A stretch of 61,704 nucleotides of DNA, filler included. It is 10 parts of 10 records of this genome, joined end to end, with 100 filler letters (N's around TTAATTAATTAA, not from the genome) between each part and the next. Parts side by side here need not be neighbours in the genome. Positions count along the whole stretch, not along the records: positions 24,021 to 31,303 come from SRR31147125_121736; positions 31,404 to 37,482 come from SRR31147125_121811; positions 37,583 to 42,988 come from SRR31147125_122205; 7 more parts are not named here. One strand, written 5' to 3'. How positions within the stretch are numbered: position 1 is the first letter of the stretch; each line of letters starts with the position of its first letter. Position numbers and translations under genes: made by a program. Under the pieces are notes generated by a model, which did not search any database, was not told where the DNA came from, and saw only the letters and a list, made by a program, of their open reading frames with translations. This document shows positions 29,351-41,275 of this stretch, piece by piece.

Positions 29351-30343
29351 ATGAGAAAAAGAGTTTTAGCTATTGTAATGGTATTGTGCATGGTTGCGGG
29401 AGTACTATTTGCGCAAGGTGAACAAGAACAGGAAAAGTATGTAATGACTATCGGTCATGGTTCCGCAGTAGGATCAATTGAAGATCTCGCTGTTCAGGAG
29501 ATTGCCAAGGTTGCTGGTGAGTTGAGTGATGGAAGACTTGAACTTCAGGTATTTCCGGCAGCACAGCTTGGAAACTTTGTAAGTATGATGGAAAGCACAA
29601 TTGCCGGTTCACAGGACATGGTATGGGGCGATCTGACATGGTTGGGAAACATTGAGAAAGATTACCAAATCCTCTCAATGGGTTATGCCTTCCGTGATCA
29701 GGATCATATCAATGCATTCATGGAATCAGAAGTTGGTCAGGAACTGAAACAGCGCTTGCTGGACAAAGGCCTGCTGCTGCTTCAGGAACATGCTAACTCC
29801 CTTCCGAGAGTAACTGTATCCAAAATGCCGGTAGAATCTCCCGAAGATATGAAAAACGTAAAAATGCGTGTTCCCGGAATACCTATCTTTGTAGAAGTTT
29901 GGACCGCTATGGAGACAAAACCAACCTCAGTTAACTGGGGAGAAGTATATCTCGCGCTTTCTCAGGGCGTTGTAGATGCCATGGAATGCGGATATGAATT
30001 TGTTTACACACACAAATTCCACGAAGTTGCCAACTATGTAACCCTTACCAACCATGTGAGAGGTTTACGTGGTATGCTCGTTAACCCTGCTGCCTTCGAC
30101 AGACTCCCGGCAGATTTACAGGAAGTATTGGAAAAAGCTGCTGTGGCAGGAGAAGACTTGTACAATGCTGAAGTTGCTGCAGCCAGAGCTGATCATACCG
30201 ACAAGCTGCTAGCGGAAGGAGCCATTATCAATGAAGTTGATATAGTCCCCTTTGCTGAAAAGATGCTGCCGCTGGTTGAGAAACTGGAAAGCGAAGGATT
30301 CTGGAGTCCTGGCCTTTATGCCAAAATCCAGGCAATTAAATAG
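29351..30343 (+). CDS. dctP: TRAP transporter substrate-binding protein
   Basis: VFPAAQLG, KMRVP, WGEVYLALSQGVVDA; spirochaete-style LFAQGEQE signal. Confidence 0.92.
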   Translation: MRKRVLAIVMVLCMVAGVLFAQGEQEQEKYVMTIGHGSAVGSIEDLAVQEIAKVAGELSDGRLELQVFPAAQLGNFVSMMESTIAGSQDMVWGDLTWLGNIEKDYQILSMGYAFRDQDHINAFMESEVGQELKQRLLDKGLLLLQEHANSLPRVTVSKMPVESPEDMKNVKMRVPGIPIFVEVWTAMETKPTSVNWGEVYLALSQGVVDAMECGYEFVYTHKFHEVANYVTLTNHVRGLRGMLVNPAAFDRLPADLQEVLEKAAVAGEDLYNAEVAAARADHTDKLLAEGAIINEVDIVPFAEKMLPLVEKLESEGFWSPGLYAKIQAIK

Positions 30344-30363
30344 TAACCCTACATAATCCGGTA

Positions 30364-30394
30364 AGCCCCAATCATAACAAATATGGTTGGGGCT
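30364..30394 (+). terminator. Stem-loop between dctP and dctQ
   Basis: agccccaatcata/tatggttggggct stem with a weak U tract; may stabilise mRNA rather than terminate. Confidence 0.45.
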
Positions 30395-30437
30395 GTTTGT
30401 ACCCGGACAATAATTTTTATAAGGATTGGTAATTTAC

Positions 30438-30944
30438 ATGTATATGTTTTTGCGAAAGCTCAACAAAACTATAGTGAAAGCTGAAGAATTTATAATGATT
30501 GTTCTTTTAGCCGCAATAGTCATTATTATGACTATGCAGGTAACAATGCGTTATGTGTTTCAAAGCCCTATAACCTGGTCTCAGGAGTTGGCTATTCTGC
30601 TACTTATCTATTTAAGCTTCATCAGTGCAGATGTGGTTCTCTATAAAAAAGGCCATATCGGAATAACCTATTTTGTTGAACAACTTCCCACAAGAATTCA
30701 ATATATTGTCAATTCTTTTGTGCATGTTCTGATAATAGCAGCATTCTGCTTGATTATTCCAAAAACCATCCAACTGATAATCATGCAGGCTGATCATATC
30801 ATCGCGGGTGTATTGCCTTTAAGCAAGAGTGTCTGGATCCTTCCTTTAGCTATTGCCTTCCCCCTCATGATATTGAAAAGCCTCGAAATCATTCTTGATG
30901 ATCTAAGAAATATATTTCGTCATTCTGAACAAGGTGAGGTTTAG
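30438..30944 (+). CDS. dctQ: TRAP small permease
   Basis: QVTMRYVF..PITWSQEL, GHIG; 4 TM segments. Confidence 0.88.
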   Translation: MYMFLRKLNKTIVKAEEFIMIVLLAAIVIIMTMQVTMRYVFQSPITWSQELAILLLIYLSFISADVVLYKKGHIGITYFVEQLPTRIQYIVNSFVHVLIIAAFCLIIPKTIQLIIMQADHIIAGVLPLSKSVWILPLAIAFPLMILKSLEIILDDLRNIFRHSEQGEV

Positions 30945-30946
30945 TT

Positions 30947-31303
30947 ATGCTGCTTTTAGTATTTTTCGTCATATTCCTTATTTTGATAATCTTAAGCTGC
31001 CCGATCAGTTTTTCGATGATTATCTCTTCTCTGGCATACATCCTGACCAGAGGACATATAAGCATGACCATAATTCCGGAGAGAATGAATGCCGGGCTGG
31101 ACAGTTTTCCACTTATAGCCATTCCGTTATTTATATTAGCCGGAAGAATAATGAATAATTCCGGAATAACAAATCGTATTTTTAATTTTTGTATGGCATT
31201 CGTCGGTCATTTCAAAGCCGGACTGGCTTATGTAAATGTTACAGCCAGTATAATATTTGCCGGAATAACTGGGTCCAGCGTTGCGGACGTTGCCGGTTTA
31301 GGG
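30947..31303 (+). CDS. dctM: TRAP large permease, 3' truncated
   Basis: SFPLIAIPLFILAG, FAGITGSSVAD. Confidence 0.9.
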
Positions 31304-31446
31304 NNNNNNNNNNNNNNNNNNNNNNNNNNNNNNNNNNNNNNNNNNNNTTAATTAATTAANNNNNNNNNNNNNNNNNNNNNNNNNNNNNNNNNNNNNNNNN
31401 NNNGGTCGATTGGCACGTTCCGTTTAGACCGGCCACGAATGGATAC

Positions 31447-31486
31447 TAAAGTGCCGCAGTCCCTATGGGTGTCTGCGGCACGAAAA
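31447..31486. terminator. Hairpin terminator downstream of sdhB
   Basis: gtgccgcag/ctgcggcac stem flanked by A-runs. Confidence 0.55.
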
Positions 31487-31507
31487 ATAACTCATATAAA
31501 CAGTCTG

Positions 31508-32272
31508 TTATATACCGGAAGATCCGAAGCTGGCTTTGAAAAACTCGCGATTGAGGCGTGCGATGTTGGTAATGGATATCTCCTTCGGACATTCGGCTTC
31601 ACACTCGGTCTCGTTGCTGCAGTTGCCGAATCCCTGGTCATCCATTTCACGGACCATGGCAATGGCGCGTCCGGCGGCCTCCGGTCTCCCCTGAGGCAAA
31701 AGGGCCATTTGGGAAACTTTGGCGCTCACAAACAGCATGGCGGATGCATTGGGGCAGGAGGCGACGCATGCTCCGCATCCGATGCATTGCGCGGCGTCCA
31801 TTGCCAGTTCCGCTTTCCCCTGGGGTACCGGCTGCGCATTGGCATCCTGGGCACCACCGGCATTGACGGAAATGTAGCCGCCGGCCTGGATGATACGATC
31901 AAACGCGCCTCGGTCCACGGCCAGGTCCTTAATGACTTTGAAGGCCATTGCGCGAAATGGCTCGATGGCGATCACATCACCATCGTTAAAATGGCGCATG
32001 TGCAGCTGACACAAGGTTGTTCCCTTGAGCGAACCGTGGGGGCGACCGTTAATCACCGCACCGCACATACCGCAAATTCCTTCCCGGCAATCATGGTCAA
32101 AGGCGATCGGCTCTTTGGAGTCGAGGGTCAATTTTTCGTTCACGACGTCAAGCATCTCGAGAAAGGACATCTCGGTTGAAATGTCTTTGGCCTGATGCGT
32201 TTCAAAATGGCCTTTATCTTCGGGACCCTTCTGACGCCAGACTTTAAGGGTGAGATGGATGCTCTTGCTCAC
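31508..32272 (-). CDS. sdhB: Succinate dehydrogenase/fumarate reductase Fe-S subunit
   Basis: [31 protein letters not shown]. Confidence 0.95.
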   Translation of the reverse strand: MSKSIHLTLKVWRQKGPEDKGHFETHQAKDISTEMSFLEMLDVVNEKLTLDSKEPIAFDHDCREGICGMCGAVINGRPHGSLKGTTLCQLHMRHFNDGDVIAIEPFRAMAFKVIKDLAVDRGAFDRIIQAGGYISVNAGGAQDANAQPVPQGKAELAMDAAQCIGCGACVASCPNASAMLFVSAKVSQMALLPQGRPEAAGRAIAMVREMDDQGFGNCSNETECEAECPKEISITNIARLNREFFKASFGSSGI

Positions 32273-34182
32273 TTGTAGCTCCTTTGCGTAAGATGCACAT
32301 TTTCAAAAGTCAGCGGCTCTTTGTGAAATTCCGGAGCATGACCGCTGCCTTTGTATTCCCATGCGGCAACGTGGCAAAAATCATCATCGTTGCGCAGTGC
32401 TTCGTTCTCATCGGTCTGATAGGCCTCGTTAAAGTGGCCGCCGCAGGACTCCTGACGGGCCAGTGCATCGACGATCATCAACTCGGAGAACTCCAGGAAG
32501 TCAGCCACCCTGCCGGCGCGCTCCAGACTCTGGTTGAAGTCTCCTGAGGAGCCGGGTACGGTCACATTTTTCCAGAACTCCTCCCTAAGCTCCTGAATCA
32601 TGCCCTGGGCTTTTTCCAGCCCCGCGTTGTTGCGCGACATTCCGCAGTAGTCCCACATGATCAGTCCCAACTGACGGTGAAAATCGTCTACCGTCCGTTT
32701 GCCGTTGATACTGAGCAGCCGGTCGACACGTTCGCGGGTGGATTGTTCCGAAGCTTCAAACTCAGGCAGCGATGTGCTCAGTTCCATTTTGGGCTCGCCG
32801 TTCAGGTAGCCGCCAATGGTGTAAGGAAGCACGAAATAACCGTCTGCAAGGCCCTGCATGAGTGCGCTTGCTCCGAGCCGGTTGGCGCCGTGGTCCGAGA
32901 AGTTTGCCTCACCGATCACGAACAAGCCGGGGATGTTGCTCATCAGGTTGTAATCGACCCACAATCCGCCCATGGTATAGTGGACTGCAGGGTAGATCAT
33001 CATGGGTGTCGTATAGGGATCATCGCCAGTGATTTTTTCGTACATTTGGAACAGATTGCCATATTTCTTGGCTATCGTCTCCTTGCCGTCGCGTTTGATT
33101 GCATCGGCGAAATCGAGATAAACCGCCAGTGCGGTGTCGCCGACCCCCTTCTGTTCGTCGCATTGCCCTTTGGCATTGCGCGAGGCAACGTCACGGGGCA
33201 CCAAGTTGCCGAAACTCGGGTATTTACGTTCCAGGTAGTAGTCCCTTTCATTCTCGGGAATCTGGCTGGCTGGACGTGTGTCTCCCGGCTTTTTGGGCAC
33301 CCATACCCGCCCGTCGTTTCGAAGGCTTTCACTCATCAGGGTCAATTTGGACTGATAAGTGCCGTGAACAGGGATGCAGGTCGGATGGATCTGGGTAAAG
33401 CAGGGATTGGCAAAAAGAGCGCCTTTGAGGTAGGCGCGATAAGCAGCCGATACATTGGACCCCATGGCATTGGTAGAGAGAAAAAAGACATTCCCATAAC
33501 CGCCCGTGGCCAGCACCACTGCATCGGCCGAATGGCGTTCCAACTCACCGGTGATCAGGTTGCGCACCACAATACCCTTGGCATGCCCCTTGACCAACAC
33601 CAGCTCTAGCATCTCACGGCGTGGAAACATGGTGACCTTGCCCATGGCCACCTGGCGCATCAGGCTGCCGTAGGCGCCCAAGAGCAGTTGCTGCCCCGTT
33701 TGGCCGCGGGCATAAAAGGTTCGCGATACCTGAGCACCGCCGAATGACCGGTTTGCCAGCAATCCGCCGTAATCGCGGGCAAACGGAATCCCCTGGGCCA
33801 CGCAGTGGTCAATAATATGGTTGCTCACCTGGGCCAGACGATAGACATTGGCTTCACGGGCCCTGAAATCACCACCTTTGACGGTGTCGTAAAAGAGCCG
33901 CCAGATGCTGTCGCCGTCGTTGGGATAATTTTTAGCTGCATTGATGCCGCCCTGGGCTGCAATGCTGTGAGCCCTGCGAGGGCTGTCCTGGAAACAGAAT
34001 GACTTTACGTTATATCCAAGCTCCGCCAGAGTGGCCGCAGCCGAGCCACCCGCCAACCCGGTGCCGACAACGATGATATCAAATTTGCGCTTGTTGGCCG
34101 GGTTGACCAACTTGAGATCGAAACGATGGCGATCCCACTTATCCTTTAACGCTCCTGTCGGAACTTTGCCGTCGAGCAACAT
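32269..34182 (-). CDS. sdhA: Succinate dehydrogenase/fumarate reductase flavoprotein subunit
   Basis: [34 protein letters not shown]. Confidence 0.95.
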   Translation of the reverse strand: MLLDGKVPTGALKDKWDRHRFDLKLVNPANKRKFDIIVVGTGLAGGSAAATLAELGYNVKSFCFQDSPRRAHSIAAQGGINAAKNYPNDGDSIWRLFYDTVKGGDFRAREANVYRLAQVSNHIIDHCVAQGIPFARDYGGLLANRSFGGAQVSRTFYARGQTGQQLLLGAYGSLMRQVAMGKVTMFPRREMLELVLVKGHAKGIVVRNLITGELERHSADAVVLATGGYGNVFFLSTNAMGSNVSAAYRAYLKGALFANPCFTQIHPTCIPVHGTYQSKLTLMSESLRNDGRVWVPKKPGDTRPASQIPENERDYYLERKYPSFGNLVPRDVASRNAKGQCDEQKGVGDTALAVYLDFADAIKRDGKETIAKKYGNLFQMYEKITGDDPYTTPMMIYPAVHYTMGGLWVDYNLMSNIPGLFVIGEANFSDHGANRLGASALMQGLADGYFVLPYTIGGYLNGEPKMELSTSLPEFEASEQSTRERVDRLLSINGKRTVDDFHRQLGLIMWDYCGMSRNNAGLEKAQGMIQELREEFWKNVTVPGSSGDFNQSLERAGRVADFLEFSELMIVDALARQESCGGHFNEAYQTDENEALRNDDDFCHVAAWEYKGSGHAPEFHKEPLTFENVHLTQRSYK

Positions 34183-34197
34183 ACGTTATCCTTTCTA

Positions 34198-34839
34198 TTA
34201 TGCGCTGATGGAGACGAAGATCGGCAGCAGGCCGAAACCGACACCGACCACCAGTGCAAATACGATACTTAATGTTCGAATTATCGGCATGTATTTGGGG
34301 TGATTTGCGCCGACGGTTTGAAACGCGCTCCAGAGTCCGTGGCTGACGTGAAGGGCAGTTACCAGCATCGCAATGACATAGACGGCAACATACAGAGGGC
34401 TGGCAAAAGCCGCAGAGACGATGTCGTAAATAGTTGCCTGGCTCTTGTCGGCGAAGTGAAAATTGATCAGATGAAAAATGACAAATGCCAATAGAAGCAC
34501 GCCCGTATAGGGCATGGTCTTTGATCCGATGGTTCGTCCGCCGGCACTTTTATTGACGGCATAGCGATTGGGGCGGGCCTTCAGGTTTTGAAAAAAGAGG
34601 GTCAACCCGGTTGCCACATGCGTCAAGGCAAAGAGCAACAAGCCCCATTCGGCCACAACGAGCAGCACGCCCAAAGCGTGCAGATGAGCGGCATAGCCGT
34701 TGAACATCTCTTTTCCGCCGAACAGGGTAAGGTTTCCGGCCAGATGAACCGCCAGAAACAGACAGAAACAAAGCCCTGTAAGCGACATCATCAATTTTTT
34801 ACCAATGGATGATGTCAGTGTGTCGATCAGCCACTTCAT
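34198..34839 (-). CDS. sdhC: Succinate dehydrogenase cytochrome b subunit (single diheme anchor)
   Basis: SSIGKK..M..TGL, conserved His residues, 5 TM segments; first gene of the operon. Confidence 0.9.
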   Translation of the reverse strand: MKWLIDTLTSSIGKKLMMSLTGLCFCLFLAVHLAGNLTLFGGKEMFNGYAAHLHALGVLLVVAEWGLLLFALTHVATGLTLFFQNLKARPNRYAVNKSAGGRTIGSKTMPYTGVLLLAFVIFHLINFHFADKSQATIYDIVSAAFASPLYVAVYVIAMLVTALHVSHGLWSAFQTVGANHPKYMPIIRTLSIVFALVVGVGFGLLPIFVSISA

Positions 34840-35034
34840 GGTAGCCTCCGTTCCCCAATAGGTTCTTGAACTTTCTTACATCGAGGCCGGATATTATTTG
34901 CGATGCCGACCGACAACGATGTTACTTTTTTTAGAGCAGACACTTTGCAGAGAGTTGTGTCTGTTAGATTTTACCCTGTTTTCCAGGTAGATTCGTACGC
35001 GAAAAAAGAACGCTATGGAAGAACATTGTTACTG

Positions 35035-35583
35035 TCAACAAAAAAGTCTAAACCACCATCCGTCCCTCGGGGTGTCGATCAAAGCGTGCGCCAACTGCTT
35101 GGCCACCTTGGTCTGCAGGCGGCCCTCGACATGCGGCAGCCACTGTTGGGGGGTCTGGTAGCCCAGGTCTTTTAACGACTTCAGATCGACAATCAGCGCC
35201 AATTGGTCTGCATCGTGGGCGAGTTTCGATTCCAGAGACTCTCCCCGGTTGAATTCGGAGAGCAGGGCATCGATCTGTCCGGCAAACGGCAGATCTCGCA
35301 GTGCATCGGCGGCCGCGGCAGATTCGTCAGGTGTCACATAACGCTTCTGGACATAGTTCAGATCACCGATGCGCGCTTCGGGGAGATCATGAACCAGGCA
35401 CATGGTGATCAGGCGTTCCGCATCGGCTTGCGGTTCCAGCTTTGAGAATATGAAAGCGATAAAGGTTGCGGCGAACGTGTGCTCTGCCACCGTATCGCGG
35501 CCCATACCGAGAAATTGGTATCCGCTTCGTGGAATATGTTTGAGGAAAAGTGCTTCAAAGATAAACTCTGCAATTCGCTCCAT
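35035..35583 (-). CDS. HD-domain phosphohydrolase (YfbR/HDDC2-like)
   Basis: LKHIPRSG, VAEH, LVHDLPE.R.GD, DADQL. Confidence 0.88.
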   Translation of the reverse strand: MERIAEFIFEALFLKHIPRSGYQFLGMGRDTVAEHTFAATFIAFIFSKLEPQADAERLITMCLVHDLPEARIGDLNYVQKRYVTPDESAAAADALRDLPFAGQIDALLSEFNRGESLESKLAHDADQLALIVDLKSLKDLGYQTPQQWLPHVEGRLQTKVAKQLAHALIDTPRDGWWFRLFC

Positions 35584-35948
35584 TCTCTTCTCCTTGGGCA
35601 TTCGGCATTGGGGAACAAATTAAATTTTTCCATCTCTCCAGCCGGATAACTCCGAACAATAGCAAAGCGGCGGCGGTCTGTCATCTCATACTGCCTCTCC
35701 AAACTTCAATTGACTTGACACACTTGGTCGCTTTGGATACTTTATCGGACAAGAAAAACCCTAATCCATCGTCCCAAAGGGTTTGCATCTCAGGGCGCTC
35801 AGATCACCGTACCTTAGAAAAAAGGGCTAAACCTGCAAACATCAATCTCACCAAACAGTGCGATTTCCCGAAAACAGTATCTATGGTCAATATTACAGGC
35901 GATGGCGTGCGCGACCCTTGCGGGTACTAATCGTAGGAGAATTGGCAA

Positions 35949-36674
35949 ATGACCCAGACGGATATTGATATTATTCAGATTATTAGCAACGCCGGCTTTA
36001 TGGTGCAGTTCGTTCTGCTGCTGCTCCTCTTCTTTTCAGTGACTTCATGGGCGATCATCATTATCAAGTGGCGCTATATCCAAAAAGCGTTTCGTGAATC
36101 GACTTTGTTTACGGATTATTTCTGGAAAACCAGAGATCTTGCCGGAGCGTATGCCAAAGCCAAAGAGTTGACCGGATGCCCGGTGGGCAGAATATTCCGA
36201 ATCGGATACGTTGAGTTGAAACGAATCAGCCAACCCGGGCGAGGCAAAGCCCAGGAGACGACCCAGGAGAGTGGCGCTCCGATGAGCATGCGCATTACAG
36301 GCGGCGATAATGTAAAGCGGGCACTGCGCCGGGCCATCAACAGCGAGACAACCCGCATGACCCAAATGGTGCCGTTTTTAGCGACCACTGGAAATACGAC
36401 CCCATTCATAGGCCTTTTCGGAACAGTCTGGGGCATCATGAACTCTTTTCACAGTATCGGCCAGCGCGGTTCCGCCAGTTTGGCCGTGGTCGCTCCGGGT
36501 ATTTCAGAGGCCCTCATCGCAACCGCCGCCGGATTGGCCGTCGCGATACCGGCGGTCATCGCGTTCAATTTTTTTATGCAGAAAATACGGGTTGTTGAAA
36601 CTGAATTGATTAGCTTTTCGGCTGATTTTCTCAATATCATCGAACGCGACATTCTATCCGGCAATCAATCCTGA
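35949..36674 (+). CDS. tolQ: Tol-Pal proton channel TolQ
   Basis: LATTGNTTPFIGLFGTVWGIM, VAPGISEALIATA. Confidence 0.93.
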   Translation: MTQTDIDIIQIISNAGFMVQFVLLLLLFFSVTSWAIIIIKWRYIQKAFRESTLFTDYFWKTRDLAGAYAKAKELTGCPVGRIFRIGYVELKRISQPGRGKAQETTQESGAPMSMRITGGDNVKRALRRAINSETTRMTQMVPFLATTGNTTPFIGLFGTVWGIMNSFHSIGQRGSASLAVVAPGISEALIATAAGLAVAIPAVIAFNFFMQKIRVVETELISFSADFLNIIERDILSGNQS

Positions 36675-36736
36675 TTCATCGTTTGACCCTATGAAGAGAG
36701 AGACGCAACCGACAACGCGTCTGAGAGGATAAACCG

Positions 36737-37168
36737 ATGGCACTAGACACCAATACCGATCGCCTGATGTCCGACATTAACGTTACGCCGTTTGTGGATG
36801 TTATGCTGGTGCTGCTCATCATATTCATGGTTACGGCACCCATGATGATGCAGGGGGTCGATGTTAACCTGCCGGAAGCGACGACCAAACCTCTGGTGGC
36901 CAAGAAGGATAATTTGGTCGTTTCCATCGACAAAGACCAGCGCGTTCATATTAATGATTTTGAAGTGGAAGTGGACTACCTGCGAGAGAAGCTAAAAAAG
37001 ATTTTGGAGAACAGATCCGATCGAGGCGTTTACTTCAAGGCCGATCGTGCCGTCCCTTATGGGGCGGCTGTAAAGGTGATGGCCGAGATTAAGGGCGCAG
37101 GAGTAGACAAGATCGGGATGGTGACCATACCGGTGGAAGAAGATCGCGGGTCGGGTCAGGGGCGATAA
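36737..37168 (+). CDS. tolR: TolR
   Basis: INVTPFVDVMLVLLIIFMVTAP, ADRAVPYG. Confidence 0.93.
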   Translation: MALDTNTDRLMSDINVTPFVDVMLVLLIIFMVTAPMMMQGVDVNLPEATTKPLVAKKDNLVVSIDKDQRVHINDFEVEVDYLREKLKKILENRSDRGVYFKADRAVPYGAAVKVMAEIKGAGVDKIGMVTIPVEEDRGSGQGR

Positions 37169-37179
37169 CTGAAACCACG

Positions 37180-37482
37180 ATGAGTCATGCAATCATGGTA
37201 CATGCAGCAGGGGGACAACGGCATCCCTTATTCTGGCCCTATCTTTTCAGCTTTGTGGGCCATTTGATGCTGTTTGCATTTATCCTCTACACACCCACCC
37301 AGGATCAGTACGAGAGCATGGGGCCCTCTATTATTGATGTCCAGATCGTAGATGTCGAGACCAGTGCCCCGTCCATAGAAAAAGGTCGGAAACCCCAAAA
37401 AGCGCCATCCTCAGTAGCAGAGAAAGAGGCACCGGTCGAAGCTAAGGCACCGGCAGAGAAACAAACCAAGAGCGCGGCGGAA
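37180..37482 (+). CDS. tolA: TolA/TonB-like protein, 3' truncated
   Basis: TM SxxxH motif (SFVGH), K/A/P/E-rich linker, position after tolQR. Confidence 0.75.
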
Positions 37483-37582
37483 NNNNNNNNNNNNNNNNNN
37501 NNNNNNNNNNNNNNNNNNNNNNNNNNTTAATTAATTAANNNNNNNNNNNNNNNNNNNNNNNNNNNNNNNNNNNNNNNNNNNN

Positions 37583-40101
37583 CGGATTTTCCGTCCAGCC
37601 AGGCTTTGATCCGGCCTGTGATCTCACTGGCGGTAACCCCCGGTCTGATTTCCGAGGTAATGGTAATGCTCCGGGACAAATCATAATGCATGATCTTGGC
37701 AAAATCCCACTGGGGGACGATCCGGGCCACCTGGCTCAGGGGCACGGCCGTACCTGTGGCCTGGACAAAGACATTGGTATTTTCAAGGCCATGGAGGGTC
37801 TGGCGGGTAAACTGACTGCTGCGCATGAGGATGGTCAAACTGTCCTGGCCTTCACGGAAGGTTCCGGCCTTGAATCCTGAAAGCCCGGTCTGGAGGCTTA
37901 CCGCAATATCCTCATGGGTCACCCCGGCCTTTCTGGCCTTGGCCGCATCAATATCTATGACGAACTTAAGCAGCTTTGGCCCCCAGTCGTCCATGATATT
38001 TTTGGTCCCATTAATCCCGGCCAGCTCGGCTTTGGTCTCCCCTGCCAGGGTATAAAGGACCTCCTGGTCCGGCCCGAAAATACGGATTTCCACAGGGGTC
38101 CCCCCGCCCCCTGGGCCAGAAGAGAGACCTTGATGTCCGCATCTGGAAAGGTGTTAAAGCAAAAGGTGTCCAGATCCCTGATGATGCCGGCATTGGCCTC
38201 GCCACTGGAGGTATTGACCAGGATATGGGCATAACTGGAATTGGCCTCGTCCGGAGAATATCCCTGGTCATAGGACTCGGGCCCCTCACCGATATAAGAG
38301 GACCAGTCCGTAATTCCCCTGTCCCGGTCCGGCCCGGTCTTGAGGTTGGCATCAACATGGTCCTCAATGGCCTGAACCACCTCCAGGGTCTTTTCAATCT
38401 TGGTGCCCAGGGGCAGGTTGATATCCACAGTGATCATATTCCGGTCACTGTCGGGAAAGAAAATAAAGGGGACCAAACCGAATCCCTGGAGGGAGATGAA
38501 AAATACGGCCAGCATCAGGCCGATAAAGACGATTTTCATCCTGAGCACCCGGTTGAGAACACCAATGTAACCCTTGTTCAGCAGATCGAAAATGGACTTT
38601 TTTCCGGCCCGGTCCGCCTGGGCCTTTACCCGCACAAAATAATAGGCCAGGAGGGGAATAATGGTCAGGCCCATGATCCAGGAGGAGACCAGGGCAAAGG
38701 AAATCACCACAAAAAGCGGGCCCATGATGTCACCCATGGCCGATTCCGCCAGAAAAAAGAGAGAAAAGCGGCCGAGGTGGTCAGGGTGGAGATGAGCAGG
38801 GGGATCATGAGTTCCCGGCAGGTCTCCACGGCCGCAGCCATCCGGTCCTTGCCCGCTTCCATTTTTACGATAAAGGATTCCGACACCACGATTCCGTTGT
38901 CCACCATCATGCCCAGGGCCATGATCAGGGCGGCCAGGGTCACCTGGTTCAGGCCCATGTGGATCATCCCCATGAGCATCATGGTCATGACCGTGACCAA
39001 GGGGATGAGGCTGGCCACCACCAGGCCGGTGCGCAGCCCTAAAAAGACCAGCATCACCGCCATGACAATGGTGATACTCTGGACCAGATTGCTGATGAAG
39101 TCATTGATGGAGGTCTGGACATACCCGTCCAGGGAGGCCAGGCGGATCACCTCAAATCCCAGGGGCAGCCGCCTATTGTAATCCGCAATTTTTTCATCCA
39201 CCATGTTTCCCAGGGCAATAATATTGGCCTCATCCTTGAGGGAGATGGCCAGGGAGATGGCAGGCTTGCCGTTCACCCGGACCAGGCCGGTTGCCGGGGT
39301 TTTATAGGTTTTTATAATCCGGGTGATGGCATCCAGGTAGACCACTTCCCCCTGGTCCCCCACGGGAATAATGGTTTTGCGCAGGGCCTCAAGGCTGTCG
39401 TAATTGCCTGTGGGTTCCAGGATGAGACGCTTGTCCCCGACATTGATCTCCCCTCCGGAGTCAAGGATATTGGTTTCCTGGATGATCTGCCGGAGCTTGC
39501 CCACGGTGAGGCCATACTCGCTGAGCCGGGCCGTATCGAATTCCACTGCCACCTGCTGCTCCTGGACACCCCCCAGTATCACCCTGGCCGAATCCGGCAG
39601 GGTAATGAGGTCATCCCGGATCCGTTTGGCCACATCCTCCATTTCTGCATATGAAAACCCATGGGAGACCAGGCCCAGGATGATCCCGTAGACCACCCCC
39701 ACATCATCATCCTTTAAACGGGGGGAGACCCCCTCGGGCAGGGTATCCATGTTTTCCAGCTTCCGCCTTAACTCATCCCAGACATCCTGAAGATTTCCAG
39801 CTTTAACCTCGTCCTTGAGGGTCACCGTAACCACGGAAAGCCCGGTCCGGGACTGGGAGGTAATGGTTTTCACCTCGGGGATCTCCTGGACCACCTCCTC
39901 GATATTCTTACTGACCAGCAGCTCCACCCGCTGGGGATTGGCCCCGGGGAAATTGGATACAATGGTGGCCACCCTGACCACATAGGGCGGCATGCTGTCC
40001 CTGGGGAGCCCCTTGTACATGGCCACGCCCATGAGCACGATAATGCATAATAGACTTAGTGAAATACGATTTTTGCCGATGGCAAATTCTGTGAGATTCA
40101 T
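37583..40101 (-). CDS. RND efflux permease (AcrB family), 3' truncated, two frameshifts
   Basis: FPGANPQRVE, ALGMMVDNGIVV, STLTT; frames change near 38755 and 38100. Confidence 0.9.
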
Positions 40102-40124
40102 GATTTATTCCCGGAAGCAGGGGG

Positions 40125-41275
40125 TTACCATTGTTGAACCGGATCATCCAGCAGTTTAACATCCATACCGTCCATGAGCAGTTGAAGGCCGGAGGTGGCC
40201 ACAAGCTCACCGGAAGAAAGCCCCTGTTTCACCAGAAAGCCCTTCGGGGTCAAAGGACCCAGTTCCACCTCCCGTTTCCGGACCACCCCCCGGCCCTCTA
40301 TCCCCTTTTCAATCACAAAAACAAAATTTTTCCCCTGGTCTTCGCTTGTACCGTCCGGGGGCAGATACAGGCTGGTCTTGTCCGCGGATTCGCCGAAATC
40401 AAACAGGACCTCGGCGGCCATGCCCGGCCTCAGCCGCTCATCCCGGGAAAGAATGCCAACGGTGACCGGATAGGTCGGGGCATCTGAGGCCGCATAGGGC
40501 ACCTCGGCGACCTTGCCCTGGAAACCGGTATTGGCAAGGGCGGGAAAGGTCACCCGGCATGCCATGCCCGCCCTGATTTCGGCGATATAGAGATCAGAGA
40601 CATCCACCCGGACCTCCAGTTTGCCCAGGCCGCTCAGGGTCAATACCGGATTCCCCGGTGTGATCTCCTCGTTCTCCTCTACGGAGATCTGGTTGATGAT
40701 TCCGTCAAAGGGGGCGGCGAGCCGGGTATACAACAGCTTATTTTTGGTGGCACGAAGTTTGGCCATCTCAGTGGTTATCCTGGAATTGGCAGCCTGGAGC
40801 TGGGCCAGGGCGGTTTCATAATCCCCCTGGCTTTCTCAAACTCACTTAAGGAAACATTATCGTTTTCATAAAGTTTCTGGATCCGGCTGTAATTGGACCG
40901 GCTGGTGTAGACTCCGGTCTGGGCGGATTTGGCATCGGCCTGGGTGGTTTTCACCCCGGCACGGGCCGATTCAAGTTCCACCCGGATATCGGTTTCATCC
41001 AGCCTGGCCAGAAGTGTGCCGGCCCCCACCCTGTCCCCCACCTTCACCGGGATGGTCTTGACCGTCCCTGCCACTTTGAAACTGAGGACGGCTTCCCGGT
41101 CTGCGGCTGCGGTACCGCTGAAGGTCTGGTTCATGGTATGGGTTTCAGCCTTGAGCAGGAGATACCGGACCGGCCGGACAGGAACTTCCTGGGAGGTATC
41201 GGTTTTGGCATCCCCGCCGCATCCGACAACAAAAAGGGTGACAGCTGTGAAAAGGGTCAGATAGATGGTTTTCAT
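40125..41275 (-). CDS. RND periplasmic adaptor lipoprotein (MFP), frameshift near 40825
   Basis: Lipobox VVGC, LSFKVAG..VKVGD, LAAPFDG, GLSSGELVATSG. Confidence 0.9.

Noticed and set aside
35600-35948. Possible ncRNA or riboswitch between the HD gene and tolQ
   Set aside because: No recognisable conserved motif or convincing structure; most likely divergent promoters. An Rfam scan would settle it.
35949-37482. tolQRA as the motor for the TPR cluster at 1-5862
   Set aside because: Different contig, and it looks like an ordinary Tol-Pal locus.
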